This document shows, piece by piece, positions 48,375-62,983 of a DNA stretch of 64,000 nucleotides (within the stretch, counting starts at the first letter, position 1; each line of letters opens with the position of its first letter). Under the pieces are notes generated by a model. That model had not been told where the DNA came from. It was given only the letters and a program-made list of their open reading frames with translations, and searched no databases. A program made the position numbers and the translations under genes. Source of the stretch: Torpedo marmorata (lineage: Eukaryota); assembly GCA_977017645.1 (NCBI GenBank), contig OZ360221.1, positions 135,532,001 through 135,596,000 on the forward strand, read 5' to 3'.

Positions 48375-50533
48375 GCGCCAAGGATGAGGACACCCAGAAG
48401 ATGGTCGCGGGAGGCTGAAGAACGGTTATAGGGCTGCCTCGGGTCGGTCAATTGGGCAGTGTTCAAGAACTCAGTTGAGGATCTGAATAATTACACCAGG
48501 GCCATTATGGACTTTATCAAAGCAGCCATAGACAAGTGAGCCCCCATCAAATCATTCAGGATTTTATCCAACCAGAAGCCCAAGATGAACAATGAAATCC
48601 AGAACCTGCTGGGAGCCAGATCACAGACATTTTAGTCCAGAGATCCAGAACGCTACACAAGGAGCAAGTACGACCTATGAAAAACCATCTCCTGGGCGAA
48701 GTGGAGATTCGGGACGAGAATGGAAACAACAAAGGATATCCGACCGCTGTGGTAGGGCCAAAATGACATAAACTGCTACAAAACCAAATCTGGTGAAATA
48801 GGAGGCACCAAAGCTTCACTCCCAGATGAGAGCAATGCCTTCCATGCCTGATTTGACCACCAGAACAAGGAAGAGCCACTGCGCACCCCCATGTCCCCTG
48901 ATGATCGACTTATGTCAGTATCCGACGATGATGTGCGGGCTGCCTTCAGGAGAGTGAATTCAAAGAAAGCATCCAGTCTGGACAGAATACCTGGCTGAGT
49001 ACTAAAAACCTGTGTTGACCAACTTGCCAATGTTTTCATGGATATCTTCAACATCTCACTCCGACAGGGCGTGCGTGGTACCCACTTGTTTCAAACAGGC
49101 CTCAATTGTTCCGGTGTCCAAGAAGAGTGTGGTAACCTGCCTAAATGACTACCAACCAGTAGCACTCACATCCACAGTGATTTATGTGTTGAGAGGCTGG
49201 CATTGAAGCATATCAGCTCCTGTCTGAGCGGTGACATGGATCCGTTCCAATTTGCCTACCGCAGCAACAGGTCTATGGCAGATGTCATCTCACTGTTTCT
49301 CCACAAAACCCTGGAACACCAGTTCGGTAAAGATGCATACATCAGGATGCTCTTTATTGACTACAGTTCGGCATTCAACACCATCATCCCCTCAAAGCGG
49401 ATCAGCAAAGTCCAAGACCTGGGCCTCAATATACAACTGTGTAATTGGATCCTGGATTTCCTCTCCTCCAGACCCGAATCTGTGCAGATTGGCAAGAACA
49501 TCTCCTCCACAATCTCCATCAGCACTGGAGCACCATAGAGCTACGTTCTTAGCCCCCTGCTCTACTCGCTTTATACCTACGACTGCTTCGCTTGGTACAA
49601 CAACATCATTTACAAATTTGCTGACGATACCACAATAGTGAGCTGTATCAAAAAGGTGGATGAGTCAGCATACAGGAGGGGGATTGAAAACTTGGCTGAA
49701 TAGTGTACTAACAATAATCTCTCACTCAATGTCACCAAAAACAAGGAGCTGATTATAATCAGCTATAATTATAGACTTTAGGAAGGGGAAACCAGAGGTG
49801 TACGATTCATGATCATTGGGGGATCAGAGGTGGAGAGGGTGAGCAAATTTAAATTTCTGGGAGTCACTATCTTGGAGGACCTTTCCTGGACCCAATACTA
49901 ATATCATCATGCAGAAAGCACGTCAGTGCCTCTACTTCCTCATGAGTTTGTGGAGGTTCAGTATGACATCGGAAACCTTGGCAAACTTGTAAAGATGTGC
50001 AGTGGAAAGTGTGCTGACCGCCTGCATCACAACTTTGTATAGGACTACCAATACCTCTGAATGGAAAGCCCTGCAAAAGGTAGTGGACACAGTCCAGTAC
50101 ATCTCAGGCAAATCTCTCTTCACCATCGAGAAAATCTATGTGGATTGCTGCTGTCGGAGAGCAGCAGCAATCATCAAGGATCCATACCATCCAGGACATG
50201 CTTTGTTCTCGCTACTGCCATCAGGAAAGAGGTATAGGTGCCACAAGACTCATAACACAGTTGCTACCCTTCCACCATCAGACTCCTAAACCACAGACTC
50301 AGAGACTCATTTAAAGACTCTTACTTTGCACATTATTTATCACTGAATATTTTTTTCTGTATTTGCAGCCTGTTTGTTTACATTTCTCTCTTTTGTATAT
50401 GTATCTTTTTTTTTAAATACAGTTTACACCACCAATAAGTAGAAATTCTGCCTGGCCCACAGGCAAAAGTATCTGAGTGCCGTATGTGATGTCATGTATG
50501 TACTCTTGACAATAAATTTGAACATGAACTTGA
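48375..50533 (+). mobile_element. Degenerate Rex1/Babar-type LINE
   Basis: Fragmented ORFs ([33 protein letters not shown]) with many stops. (TGAAC)n tail. Confidence 0.82.
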
Positions 50534-52115
50534 CCTCTTCTTTTGTCCTGCGTCATTTGGTACTTTCATCTACCACAATATTGGATCATCCCCCTTAAAT
50601 TTCCCATCAGTTCTGAACTCTTGCACCTGACAAACAACTCAGCCTTGGGATTCACCTTCTTTGCTGCAGGGAACAATGGAAACCCCTTTCATTATGCTTC
50701 CCTGGACTACAATTAATGTTTTGGTGAGAAAGATTGAGAAAAGAATTGGAGCAAAGACACTAGACTCCAGTCTCTTGTGTGATAGACATATTGATTACTT
50801 GCACACCTTCATGTACCAGATGTAAACTGGAAAATCATTTCCGAGGGCATTCAAATTTGAGAAGTGTCCTGCAGGGTCTCTCTCAGCTGACAGTCAAAGA
50901 TTATTGAAAAATAAAAAAAACAACCATGGATAATGCTTTTCATTGATGTCACATGGTGAAGATCATGTCCAATGTATGTTTAGTTGGGCAGAATCGATGC
51001 TGCAATTTGTGCCTTTGGCTGGTGGTAGTTGAGGAGGATCCTTGCAGTGACATTCCCTGTGACAGCCAGCTGGGAGACTTTCTCAGTTATGGCAATCACA
51101 TTTGTCCTTTTTTATAAAAATTCGGTCAGGGTTACCACATCTCCAAGATTCCCCGGATTTTCCTTATTCTTCAAGTAGTCTCAAGTATCACTGAACTGGA
51201 ATGAGTCGCCCAATCATAGTGGTTTCCAACAACTTTTCAAGACTTGAGGAAGGACATTCCAAGTACTTTTCCAAAATTAACCCTAATTTTATTTTACTCT
51301 TCCAGGTGCTAATGAGGTGTGTTTGATGATGCAGAGAAGTGGAAGTGTATATTTGTGTGTAAAAGTTGCTCCCTAACATTATAGCCACACTTGATGACTT
51401 CTACGTTTCACAAGTTCATTAATACATTTGCAAATAATTTTCTCCTCAGTGCAGAAAACTGATACACTTGCAAAGTGCTTATCTATTCTATGCATTCTAG
51501 ATTGGATGAAGATGATCTAAGTAAATTACTGTCTCAGTTAGAAAGATGTTGGTTGACAGTTTGGGGAAAGTTAAGAGGTTGTATCTGTTGCAGTGCAGGG
51601 AAACGTCCTTGCATAGGAGGCAGCTGTGGAAGTGATGGGGCTGAAGAGTGTATTTATATGATATTTCCAATACATTGAAACATCCCAAAATGCTTCACAG
51701 AAGCATTATAAAATAAATATTTCATACAATCCACAGAAATAGTCTCAGCTCTCCAGCTAAAGGAAATACCCTTTACATGTCATTGAAATCATCCTCACTT
51801 TTCTAAAATCCATGGAGTGTCAGCCAATCTGCAACATCATCTTCATAAATAAAGTCAATGTATACAAATGTCTCACTTACATTTACTGAGAAGCAGAGGA
51901 AGTCCACCATGGGCTGAATTAATCAGTCCTTTGAATTTGCCAGATACTTCACAATCAATATCTTAAGAACAAACTACCTCATTTGCTTTATAAAAAATAT
52001 GAGAGTGATGCTAAAATGTAAGCTACCATTAGGTCATGAATCTTAAATTATATATATGGATAAATATTTATTATAATTAGAAGAATCCTATTTGGCTAAC
52101 AATACACAACAGTAC

Positions 52116-52822
52116 TGTTATGGACCATGACTGACCATTTGGACTGCGGACGGTCAGCAGGAAGGATGAAGTCTTTTGGAGTACATACTGGGACCAGGTA
52201 CTGAAAGAGTTAACTTGCCCAGGACTTGGTGTACCCAGAGAGAGAGAGAGAGACCAGAGAGAGACAGGCTGTGGAAAAGATACTTTGTTGCACTTTTGCA
52301 AAAGCAGGTGCAAACCTCTGCAAAAAGCATTCAGTTTTGGAGTTGCAAAGGCTAGAGAACACAGCAAAATCTAGGCTTGTGCATCCCAGGGAAAAAGGCT
52401 GGGAGAATAGCACATGGCCTCCTGTCTCAGCAAAATCCTGAGTTAAAGCCACTTTTGTGGAGAACAGGCGTGAGATCAGCGAGACCAGCTGTGAGATCCA
52501 AGTACACGCCTCAATCAGTGGTATACTGATTTGGAGTCGCAATCCTCGTGCATCTCTACCAAAAGGGAAAGTCAACAGAGAAGAAAAACAAGCCAAGTAT
52601 TCGTAAGCATAAACAGTCTATTGTCTCTCTCCAACGTTCATTGAGAAGTCCTTCTGGCCAGCACACAGAGCTGAATTTGGATCCTGAACATAGAGAGTGA
52701 ATTTTTGTGGACTGTATTATTTTTCTGACTGACTTGTTTTTATGACTGACCTGGGGTTTTTGGGGAAAGTTTTTCCATTTTAACATGAGGGTTGGGCACA
52801 GACTGTAATGGTCTGGGCTTCA

Positions 52823-52863
<41 letters not shown>

Positions 52864-55800
52864 ACCTTTTTGATATGAATAGTGTTTATAGACGTTTATA
52901 GTGGGGTTAATTGTTGTGAAATTATATGTTTAATTGTCTTTAATAAATATAAATTTCAATTGTACCCCTTTTGCATTGCGTCTTCTGTCATTTTGCTGGT
53001 TTTGAGTTTGTAACAAAATTGGGGGCTCGTCCGGGATTTGAATTAAAAATCCATCTTGGTAATTGAAGGAATCCCATTCTGGTTTAAGACATTCCTTTTG
53101 TAAAGCTAATTAAAAAGCTAGAGTGTGTAACGAAAAACCAGCAACAATGGATGTAGGAAAATTTTTGGGATCACCTGAACCTAATACTTTAAAAAAGGCG
53201 AAAAAGGAACAGTTAGTGGCTATAGCAACAGATTGGGCATTGCTTCTGAAAAAGGCAGAGATTAGGAGAAAAATTGTCAAATACTATATAAAAGAAAAAA
53301 AAGTTTGAGGAGAGCATGTTAGAGTAGTTTCCCAAGGGTAAACCTTCTGAAAACATACAGTTGGAAATAAACAAATTGGAATTGGAACAAAAGAACAGGG
53401 AATTGGAACAAAGGAAATTGGAATTGGAGGCAGCCAGAGAACAAAAGAAATTAGAATTGGAGGAAGTCAGGGAACAAAAGAAATTTGACATGGAATTGGA
53501 ACAAAAAGAGATTAGACTTAGAGAACGAAGAGAAAAATAGGAGATATCAGCTGGAAAAGATGAGGTTGGAAAATGAGAGGAGACAAGAAGAGCACCAAGA
53601 TCAAATTCGTCATCCTGCTGTGGGGTTTTTGGCTAGTAGAGAAGTTAGGTTGGTTCCTCCTTTTGAGGAGGCAGAAATAGATAAGTACTTCCAACATTTT
53701 GAGAAGGTGGCTGTGAAATTAAAATGGCCACAAGACCAATGGTCTCTTATGTTTCAAGGTGTAATAAAAGGAAAAGCTCAGCAAGCTTATTGTACTCTTA
53801 CCACGGAGCAAGCTGCTGATTATGAAACGGTGAAAAAGGCTATACTCCAGGCTTATGAGTTAGTTCCAGAGGCTTATAGACAGAAGTTTAGAAATTTAAA
53901 AAGATCAGCAACCCAATCTTACACAGAGTTTGCCTATGAAAAAGTTGTGTGTTTTGACCGGTGGTGCACATCTAAGGCAGTAAACAATGATTACAATCAA
54001 TTGAGAGAATTGATAATAATCGAGGAGATAAAAAGGTGTGTTCCTGAGGATATTAAGGCATACTTAGGAGGTGAAAACTTGGCAAAATGCAGCTAAGTTA
54101 GCAGATGAATATGCTTTAACCCACAAGCCTAAGTGGACGTCAGGTAGAATTTTCCAAAAGGTCACTGTGGATAATCTCAAGCAAGTGGAAAGTAAATTTG
54201 GAAGTGGTGTTAAGGAAAGGGATGAAGGAAAGTGGAAAAGGGAAAACCCTTCGGGTCCCATTTGCCATACTGTAGGAAGGCTGGTCATATGCTAGCAAGT
54301 TGTCCAGTGTTGTAAAAGAAGAGAGAAAAGGATGCAACACCTAATGCTTGTATTCAGAGTGAGAAGAGGCATAACACCCAGGAAGGAAATAAATTTACTG
54401 ACAAAGTTAGGGATGTATTTAAACCTTTTGTGACTGATGGTTTTGTTTCAGTTAAGGCAGGATCAAAACAAGTTCCAGTGAAAATCATGCGAGATACTGG
54501 AGCTGCTCAGTCACTTGTGTTAGATAGTGTCTTGGAATTTTGTGAAGCTACTGACACCGGTGACATAAATTTAATTAAAGGAATTGGGGGTGATGTTGAG
54601 TCCATTCCTTTGCACAAAATAGTGTTGGACTCAGACTTGGTGGAAGGACCTGTTATAATAGGAGTGAGATCAGAGTTGCCAGCAGAAGGAGTCTCACTGT
54701 TGCTAGGCAATGACTTGGCCAAGGGTAAAGTAGTTCCTGCAGTGCGAATGACTACTAAGACAGTCATTGATAAGTCAGAGAAAGACTCTGATATTTATCC
54801 GACATGTGCCATAACCAGGGCCATGTCTAAGAAAAATGTCACTGTAGAGAAGGCAGTGGAAAATAACTTGGTGAAAGAAAGACAGTGATAATCAAGAAAA
54901 CCTGGAAAAGGTTGAGCAATCTACTATGTTACACCCATCCACTGATAAGACACCTATAGGCACAGATTTGTCACTATCCCGACAAGAGCTAATAGCAATG
55001 CAAAAGGACGATCCTGATCTTGCTGAGGTGAGGGATAAGGTTCTCTCTGAAGAGGAGATTAAAAAGGTGCCAGTGGGTTATTATGAAAAAGATGGGGTGT
55101 TGATGAGAAAGTGGAGACCACGTGATGTTCCTGCCAATGAAGAATGGGCAGTAGTGCAGCAGGTTGTGATCCCTAAAGTATATAGGGATGCAATAATAAC
55201 TTTGGGTCATAGTACACCCTTAGGTGGTCACCGTGAGGTGAAGAAAACTATAAGGAAGATAATGAAACAATTTTATTGGCTCAGTTTGAGAAGGGAGGTT
55301 GTAAGCTTTTGCCGGACCTGTCACACTTGTCAGGTGGTGGGTAAACCTAATCAGGGTCCCCTGGTGGCACCCTTGCAACCTATCCCTGTTTTCAGTGAGC
55401 CTTTCTCGAGAGTGATTGTGGACTGTGTTGGCCCATTGCCCAAAACCAAAGCGGGGAATGAATATTTGTTAACAATTATGTGTGCAGCCACCAGATTTCC
55501 AGAGGCCATTCCTCTGAGAAACATTAAAGCAAAGTCAATTGTAAAGGCTATGGTAAAGTTTTTCACCTTGGTAAGTTTGCCAAGGGAAATTCAATCATAT
55601 CAGGGCAGTAATTTCATGTCAGGCGTTTTCCAACAATTGGTTGATGGACTGGGAGTTAAACAGATTGTATCCTCTGCGTACCATCCAGAAAGTCAAGGGG
55701 CCTTGGAGAGGTTCCATTCGACTTTGAAAAACATGATTAGAACCTATTGTTGTGAAAAGGAAAAGAATTGGGATGAGGGGGTTCATTTGTTGTTATTTGC

Positions 55801-57957
55801 AGCGAGGGAGTCTGTCCAAGAATCACTTGGTTTTAGTCCATTCGAGTTAGTTTTCGGACATGAGGTGAGAGGTCCTTTAAGATTATTAAAAGAACAGTGG
55901 ATTAATAGTGATGTGCATTTAAATCTGTTAGATTATGTTTCAAAATTTAAGGATCGGTTGCATAGGGCTTGTGAGATGGCAAAGGAGACTTTAAAGGCCA
56001 CTCAACAGAGAATGAAGGTTTGATATGATCGAAAGGCTAAGATGAGAACTTTTAAACCTGGTGAGAACGTATTAGTTCTGTTTCCCATCCATTCAAATGC
56101 TCTTGGGCTAGATTTTCAGGACCCTATAGAGTTAAGTCAAAAATTAATGATGTCACCTATGTCATAGAAACACCTAATCGCAGACGAGACACACAGGTCT
56201 GTCATGTGAATATGATTAAGCCATATTTTGAACAAGTGCCGCACAAAGAGACTGAACATTTACCAGAGGTGCTGGTTATTGACAGGGGTAAGGAGGAGAC
56301 AGATAAAACCAGTTTCAGAGAGGGTCATGGGACTGTTAATTCTCTGAGTTATGTAGTAGGACAGGGGCAGTTGGCGCCAGTAGAGGCAAAGGTTGTGACT
56401 ATTTCCGAGTTCCCTGTTCCAACTGGTAAGAAAACTCTGAGGAGGTTCCTGGGAATGATTGGCTACTACCGCAAGTTCTGTAAAAACTTTGCTGATCTTG
56501 CGCTCCCTCTCACAAATTTGCTTAGAAAGAAAGAAAAATTTGTATGGTCGACAGGTTGTCAGGAAGCATTTGTTAAATTGAAAGCCATGTTATGCCACCA
56601 ACCTGTGCTTAAGTCACCTAATTTAGAACAGCCGTTTTCTTTAGCCGTGGATGCCAGCGATGAAGCTCTGGGCGCGGTGCTGTTACAGAGAAGTATCCTA
56701 TTTCTCGAAGAAGTTCAATGATCATCAAAGGAATTATTCAACCATAGAAAAAGAGTTGTTGGCTCTTGTATTGGCTCTACAACACTTTGATGTTTATATC
56801 TGTACAGCTCAAAAACCACTCATAGTGTATCCTGACCATAATCCATTGGTTTTTCTTTGTAAAATGAAAAATAAGAATCGAAGGTTGTTGAATTGGAGTC
56901 TAATTTTGCAAGAATATGATTTGGTAATAACACATATAAAAGGGAAAGATAATGTAATTGCTGATTGTCTTTCTAGATGTTAAAATTTATCAATGAAAAT
57001 AGTTCATATTTTGTATTTGTGGATGAACATTGTGGGTTTTGTTTATATTGTGACACCTCAATTAATTTCCGAAATTTTGTTCTTGCAGACCAAAATTTTC
57101 TTTGTGGGTGGGAGGTGTTATGGATCATGACTGACCATTTGGACTGCGGACGTCAGGAGGAAGGATGAAGTCTTTTGGAGTACACACTGGGACCAGGTAC
57201 TGAAAGAGTTAACTTGCCTAGGTCTTGGTGTACCCAGAGAGAGAGACCAGAGAGAGACAGGCTGTGGAAAAGATACTTTGTTGCACTTTTGCAAAAGCAG
57301 GTGCAAACCTCTGCAAAAAAGCATTCAGTTTTGGAGTTGCAAAGGCTAGAGAACACAGCAAAATCTAGGCTTGTGCATCCCAGGGAAAAAGGCTGGGAGA
57401 ATAGCACATGGCCTCCTGTCTCAGCAAAATCCTGAGTTAAAGCAACTTTTGTGGAGAACAGGCGTGAGATCAGCGAGACCAGCTGTGAGATCCAAGTACA
57501 CGCCTCAATACTGATTTGGAGTCGCAATCCTCGTGAATCTCTACCAAAAGGGAAAGTCATCAGAGAAGAAAAACAAGCCAAGTATTCGTAAGCATAAACA
57601 GTCATTGTCTCTCTCCAACGTTCATTGAGAAGTCCTTCTGGCCAGCACAGAGCTGAATTTGGATCCTGAACATAGAGAGTGATTTTTTGTGTACTGTATT
57701 ATTTTTCTGACTGACTTGTTTTTATGACTGACCTGGGGTTTTTGGGGAAAGTTTTTCCATTTTTACATGAGGGTTGGGCACAGACTGTAATGGTCTGGGC
57801 TTCACACACACACACACACCTTTTAGATAAGAATAGTGTTTATAGTGGGGTTAATTGTTATGAAATTATATGTTTAATTGTCTTTAATAAATATAAATTT
57901 CAATTGTACCCCTTTTGCATTGCGTCTTCTGTCGTTGCTGGTTTTGAGTTTGTAACA
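52116..57957 (+). mobile_element. Gypsy LTR retrotransposon, Gmr1-like domain order (gag-PR-IN-RT/RH), decayed
   Basis: LTRs 52116-53015 and 57116-57957 (TGTTA..TAACA), 4-bp TSD GTAC, PBS and PPT. SCAN-like gag (AYELVPEAYRQKFR), PR (IMRDTGA) and IN (H..GGH..C..C, VDCVGPLP, ESQGALER) lie upstream of RT-connection/RNase H (FLGMIGYYRKF, VDAS, YSTIEKE, DHNPL). Confidence 0.93.
53020..53037 (+). promoter_or_regulatory. Primer binding site, tRNA-Pro
   Basis: TGGGGGCTCGTCCGGGAT, 4 nt after the 5' LTR, is the canonical tRNA-Pro PBS. Confidence 0.92.
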
Positions 57958-58681
57958 GTACCAAAATCTCTTGAAGAGCATACAGGAGAATAACGAGCAT
58001 AAATACTGAAAGTGAATATTCTTTTTATATACCTGTTTATTTGCCACTTTTCACATGAAAAAGTGAAATTAAAAACAGAACGTTCTTAAAATATTTAGGT
58101 TATTTTTAGCAACAATAAAGAGAAATTATATTTGAGTGTTTGCCCTTTGTGAAACTGACAGATGAGTCACTAAACACTAAAAGGATGTATGGTGCCAAGA
58201 AATAACCTACTCAAAAGTTTAAAGAAACAAGGAATTACATCCTTATAAAAAGTGTTTAAGTGGTGAAAAGCATTTAAGCCTTCAGGCATTCCATTATCGA
58301 ATAGCATTGATGCTCAACATTTAAAATGTACAAGTTAGAGCTGGTTTATTTTTGTTTGACCAAAAATGTTTCATTTTTTGAACAAATTATGTAATGCATT
58401 GGCCTAGGACATCTTTATATGTCAAAACTAGCTGATTCCATATACTGCCTTTTGCTGGCTTTAATGTAACCAGCAGAAAATAGAATTTGAATATTTAAGA
58501 TAGAACAAACTGAAATATCTAATTCCTATGATTATTCTCATCCTTTGTTTGGAATACTTTGGAATGTAGCAGGGTGAATCAATGTTTTAGTCTTGATTTT
58601 TATTTTGCATCACAATCTCAAGATTAAAAAATAACAAATCTGTGAAATAAATTGTGCAACTAATTATCTAAAAGATTGCAT

Positions 58682-59038
58682 TGTAGCGCGTCGCTACGGC
58701 TATAGCTCTGCGCGTCGAGTTGGTCGTCGCTCTAGTTCTGGAGCTCAGGAGAGAGATACACACCCTCTCAGCGTCAAGACAGAACTGCCTATTCTGCCGT
58801 CGGCTCTGCCTTTTATAGGCGGGCCGAGCCTGACTGCTGCGTCACTGATGGGGCGTGGCCTAAGGCGCGACGCCCAAGATTGGTCGGGCCACGATCCATT
58901 TTTAGGGATTGACCCGTTCCCTCCTTGCCGTTGTGGCCTATGGGAACGGGCCGTCTGAATCACGTGCCGCCTGCGCGATCGCCGTGTTCGACTGCGGCTC
59001 CCTGTGTCGGCCTGCGGAGTAGGTCGCGTGCCGCTACA
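58682..59038 (-). mobile_element. Solo LTR (Gypsy-like), CpG-rich
   Basis: TGTAGCG...CGCTACA termini and 4-bp TSD GCAT. On the minus strand: CCAAT, GC box and TATAAAA in promoter order. Confidence 0.75.
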
Positions 59039-59539
59039 GCATCATACTTTAGTGTTCACTCTTAAAACACTGTAAAAGTGTAATAATTACTGACACAAGT
59101 TGTACCAGAATTAAGAACCAATGGGAAATATTGAATAGTTTGATGAAAATTCTTCTGAATATACTCATACCATAAGCTATATCCACAACTACATCTTGCA
59201 GCATAGCTGGGAGGAGAATGTTTTGACCCAAGTGCTGATCTAAAACCAGGGGTCAGAGCAATAGTGCAAAAGGAGTTTATTCTCAACTTTGATCTGAATG
59301 GCCAGCTCTTGTATGCCTCTATCTTTTCAAGCCCCTTAAAAATTTTGCAGCTTCAATGTTTTTTTTCTAAACTCACAAGTACTGGCCTAGTCTGGTCAAT
59401 CTCTCTCATACTACGTGCCTACCATCCTAGGAATCAGTCTAGTGAACCTTTGTTGCACTTTCACAAGTTCATCCTTCCTTAAATAGGGACACCACACCAG
59501 TATACATTTCAGATGTTACTTCACTAGGCTTCTATGTAG

Positions 59540-59675
59540 CTTGACAAAGGCCTCAGGCATGAAACATTGGTTACATATCTTTATCTCTAATGGACGCTGC
59601 GAGACTTGCTGAGTTCCTCCAGCATCTTTATGGTTTTTACTACAATCACAATGTCTGTAGACTTTTGTGTTTCAC
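59540..59675 (+). mobile_element. Diverged copy of the short Penelope-derived element
   Basis: TTGACAAAGGCCTCAGGCATGAAACATTGGTTA..GCTGAGTTCCTCCAGCA. Confidence 0.65.
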
Positions 59676-60599
59676 TCTATATGAATGAAGCAAGGTCTTT
59701 CATCTTGCACTAATCACCATTGCAATTGCATGGCTTTTCAAAGGAACACATTTCTTTGCTTTAAAATGAGATACTATTTTATTAACCCTGGCTACTATCT
59801 TCGTCATGCAAATTTATCCCCGAATCCCACCCAATTTTGAAACTTAAGGAGAACATTTCTTAACTCAATGAACTCGCTGCTGCAGCAGTAGTTGAAGCAA
59901 TAGCTTGATGCTCATTAAGAAATTATACACTTATAAAAGAGATACAAAAATCTGCTCCAAAGCTAAAATGAGGTACATCAAATGGGATGGTTGAGAATAT
60001 GTGCCACAAATTTGATGGATCAAACTACCAGCTTCTATACAGTGTATTTTGTCATTTATAAAAATAGCCAAGCCCATCTTTGGACACAACTACTTGGTAG
60101 AATGCGTCATTTGAAAATGTTACGAGTTAGTGCTCTCGAGTCCTACTGCACCCGACATTGTTTAAATGGACTCCCTCAAATATCACTGCAAAGAGGGTGA
60201 ACATGTCCTTGGCCAATCACAACAGATAAATTGTACTGCATTGATATGAATCCCACTGTATGGGAAAAGAGTCGGAATGGAGAAGCACTGGTTCAAATAA
60301 AAGTCTTTTCCATCCCAGTTGTTAGTACTAGAGGGGAGGAGGGGTGATAAATTATGAGAAGTTATTGCCTGGGCAGCTTTATAACAGCTAGCCATTTAGG
60401 GTACTGATGGGGGCCTGTGAATGAGTCTGTTCCACCCCACTGAGCTGTAGCAGTATAGATCAAACAGTCAGAACAAAAAGGTAAAATTGGTCAAAAAAGT
60501 CACATTGACCAAGAGGAAATTAAATCATGCACTGATTTCCACAGGGTATATATGAAGTCTTTCAGACCATCTAATCTAACATACTGACAAATTTGCTCA

Positions 60600-62983
60600 A
60601 CATTTAGTCTCACCCACACTTTAATATATACTGTTGATCTTATGTTTGTTCAGGTTATTTTCTACTTTAATATTTTTATTTGCCCATTGAAAGCAAATGA
60701 CAAGCCCTTTGTGGTTCATTGGGAAAAATAAAATCAAAATGTTAAAAATAAACATTTTATGAAGGAGTCTTTCCTGTCCTGCAGAAGAAAGCAAATAATT
60801 AACTATTGAAGAAACACACACCAAGTTTCTCAACTTAAAGGATATTTTAATGGACAAGTTCAGTTTTCTGCTGCAGGTGAAAAAAAAGCATTTCCGCCCA
60901 CAAAATGTACTCTTTTATACAAATCTGCATTATAAAAATGTGAACAAATCATGCCTTTAAGGCCATACTGGCAGAATCCATTTTTAAAAGTCTATGATGC
61001 CAGGAAAACACTTCTTGAAAAAAGATTTACAAGTGAATTATTGTAACAAAATATTCAGGTTAATAATCTTGTTGTAGAAAGTCTGATATTCAAAACCAAA
61101 ATTTCTTTCACTCCCCAAACACCACCAATAAAATTCCTTTTACTTATTTATTTTAATACATTGACTGTGTACTTTTTAATTCTTAAACATCTGTAAGTTA
61201 TTTAGAATTTAGTTCTATGGGCAATTATTCATTTTTAATCATTACATGCATGATTATAACCACGAATGGAAGCAGACACGTTAAAGCAAAGGTACCCTGC
61301 AAGGCCAGAAACAACCTGTATCATCACAATAAGGTAGTTAATGACTAGAATGAAGCAAATCATCTATATAAAAAATTTAGATTTCACTGCTCTCCAAAAA
61401 GACTAGTTTACTTGCACCTACAAATATATGAATTTCATTCCTGGCCTTGCATAAGAAAGTAAAAAACACGTGATAAATAATAAATCAAATGTAATTTTCT
61501 ACAGTCATGTCCACTTGCGACAGACACCAACTCACTGGAAAGAAATGCACCGATTACTCATGGCAACACTTACCATTTATAGAACTATACATAATTATTT
61601 CGTACAGCTTTTTGAAATTAAGACCAACAAAGTATACGTCAGTCAGTGATATAAACATATTTATACAAAAAGGAATGAGCACTGAATCAGTCTTCTGAAG
61701 ATTTACTGGGATGCCAGATGAAATCAGTGCCTAGCCTATCTCCAAGAGCAGGCTTCATCAAAGAAAGTTTAAATAGGTATAAAGCAGACACTAAATAATT
61801 CATCAAAGTTGGAACCAAGCAGCAAAATGAAAATACATCAGGACAAGAAGCAAATATAAAAGGCTGAATACATGAATGGAAGTTGAACAATCAAGTCCCC
61901 TCTCGCAAAGTTAGTAACAGTTATCTGGTCCATGAAAATATTTGAACAAATCAACAAATTTCTGCTTAAAATGATTACAGCTGAATTTAAAAAAAAATCT
62001 CAACAAGAATACAAAAATTACATGCTCAAGTTTAATTGCAAAAATTGTGAAGCAAGTATCTGACAAGAAGTATAGGAGCAGAATTTTGTTTTCAACCACA
62101 TAGGAGTTGCTCCTGTCATTCTTTATCTGAAATTTCCTCAGTAGATATCCTCCGACACTGGATCCTAGAAAGTTATTTGCAGAACTAAACAAAGCTGCAG
62201 ATGTCAAATCTGTCAGAAAATTATCACAATTAAATGTTAAATACAAATGGAGATTTATTCCATGTGTAAATAAAAGTTGGAATAAAATCCTTCCAGTAAG
62301 GCTGAATCAATAGTATCATTAAATGTCTCTACATCATTGCAGCAGATTATCAATGTTTTTGAAACCACTTTTCTTTAAAAAAAATTATATTTTTCAAAGA
62401 AAAATTGGATACTCGTCAAAGCAAATGGTAAGAAGGTAGTGAGTCTAAATTTCAATTGTCATCCACGTTAAGAGATCAGAAACTGATTTTTAAGAAAAAA
62501 GATTTAGCATCATCTTACACAACATGATTATCATCAGATACAACTTGCCCAAGATGGTGACAGGAAGCAAAGTTACAAGACATTTTTGTAAAAGGATTCT
62601 ATATATATTAGTAGATGTCTGCAGATTAAGATTGAACAATTAAACTATAAAAGCAGTTTCACTGAAAACATTTATTTTTGAATCATATCCAACAAGTAAT
62701 TTGTTTACAACAGAGATTATCCTAATAACATTTTCAGAGAAACAGTGGTAAGCTGCTGCACGTTGTTTAAATCCCAATATTCAATGATAGAACTGAACAG
62801 CTACTTTGCCCGTGGCTCCTTTGTCCAGCTAAAATGTCAGACTCAAATCTGTATTACAAGTAACAAACTGCAAACTAAAAGTTGCATTCTAATTTCTATA
62901 CAGAATTTTCTAAATTTTTAACATGGGTCTTAATTTGAAATAAACTGATAAGTACGCAATCTGGACCACTGCATATTATGTTA
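60600..62983 (-). other. SP4: Probable SP4 3' UTR (end uncertain)
   Basis: AT-rich sequence with no recognisable TE directly after the stop codon. Candidate AATAAA sites on the minus strand near 62253, 61147 and 60675. Confidence 0.55.

Noticed and set aside
52077-52786. ORFs within the Gypsy LTRs (also 57118-57605)
   Set aside because: Frames differ between the two LTR copies and there are no protein motifs.
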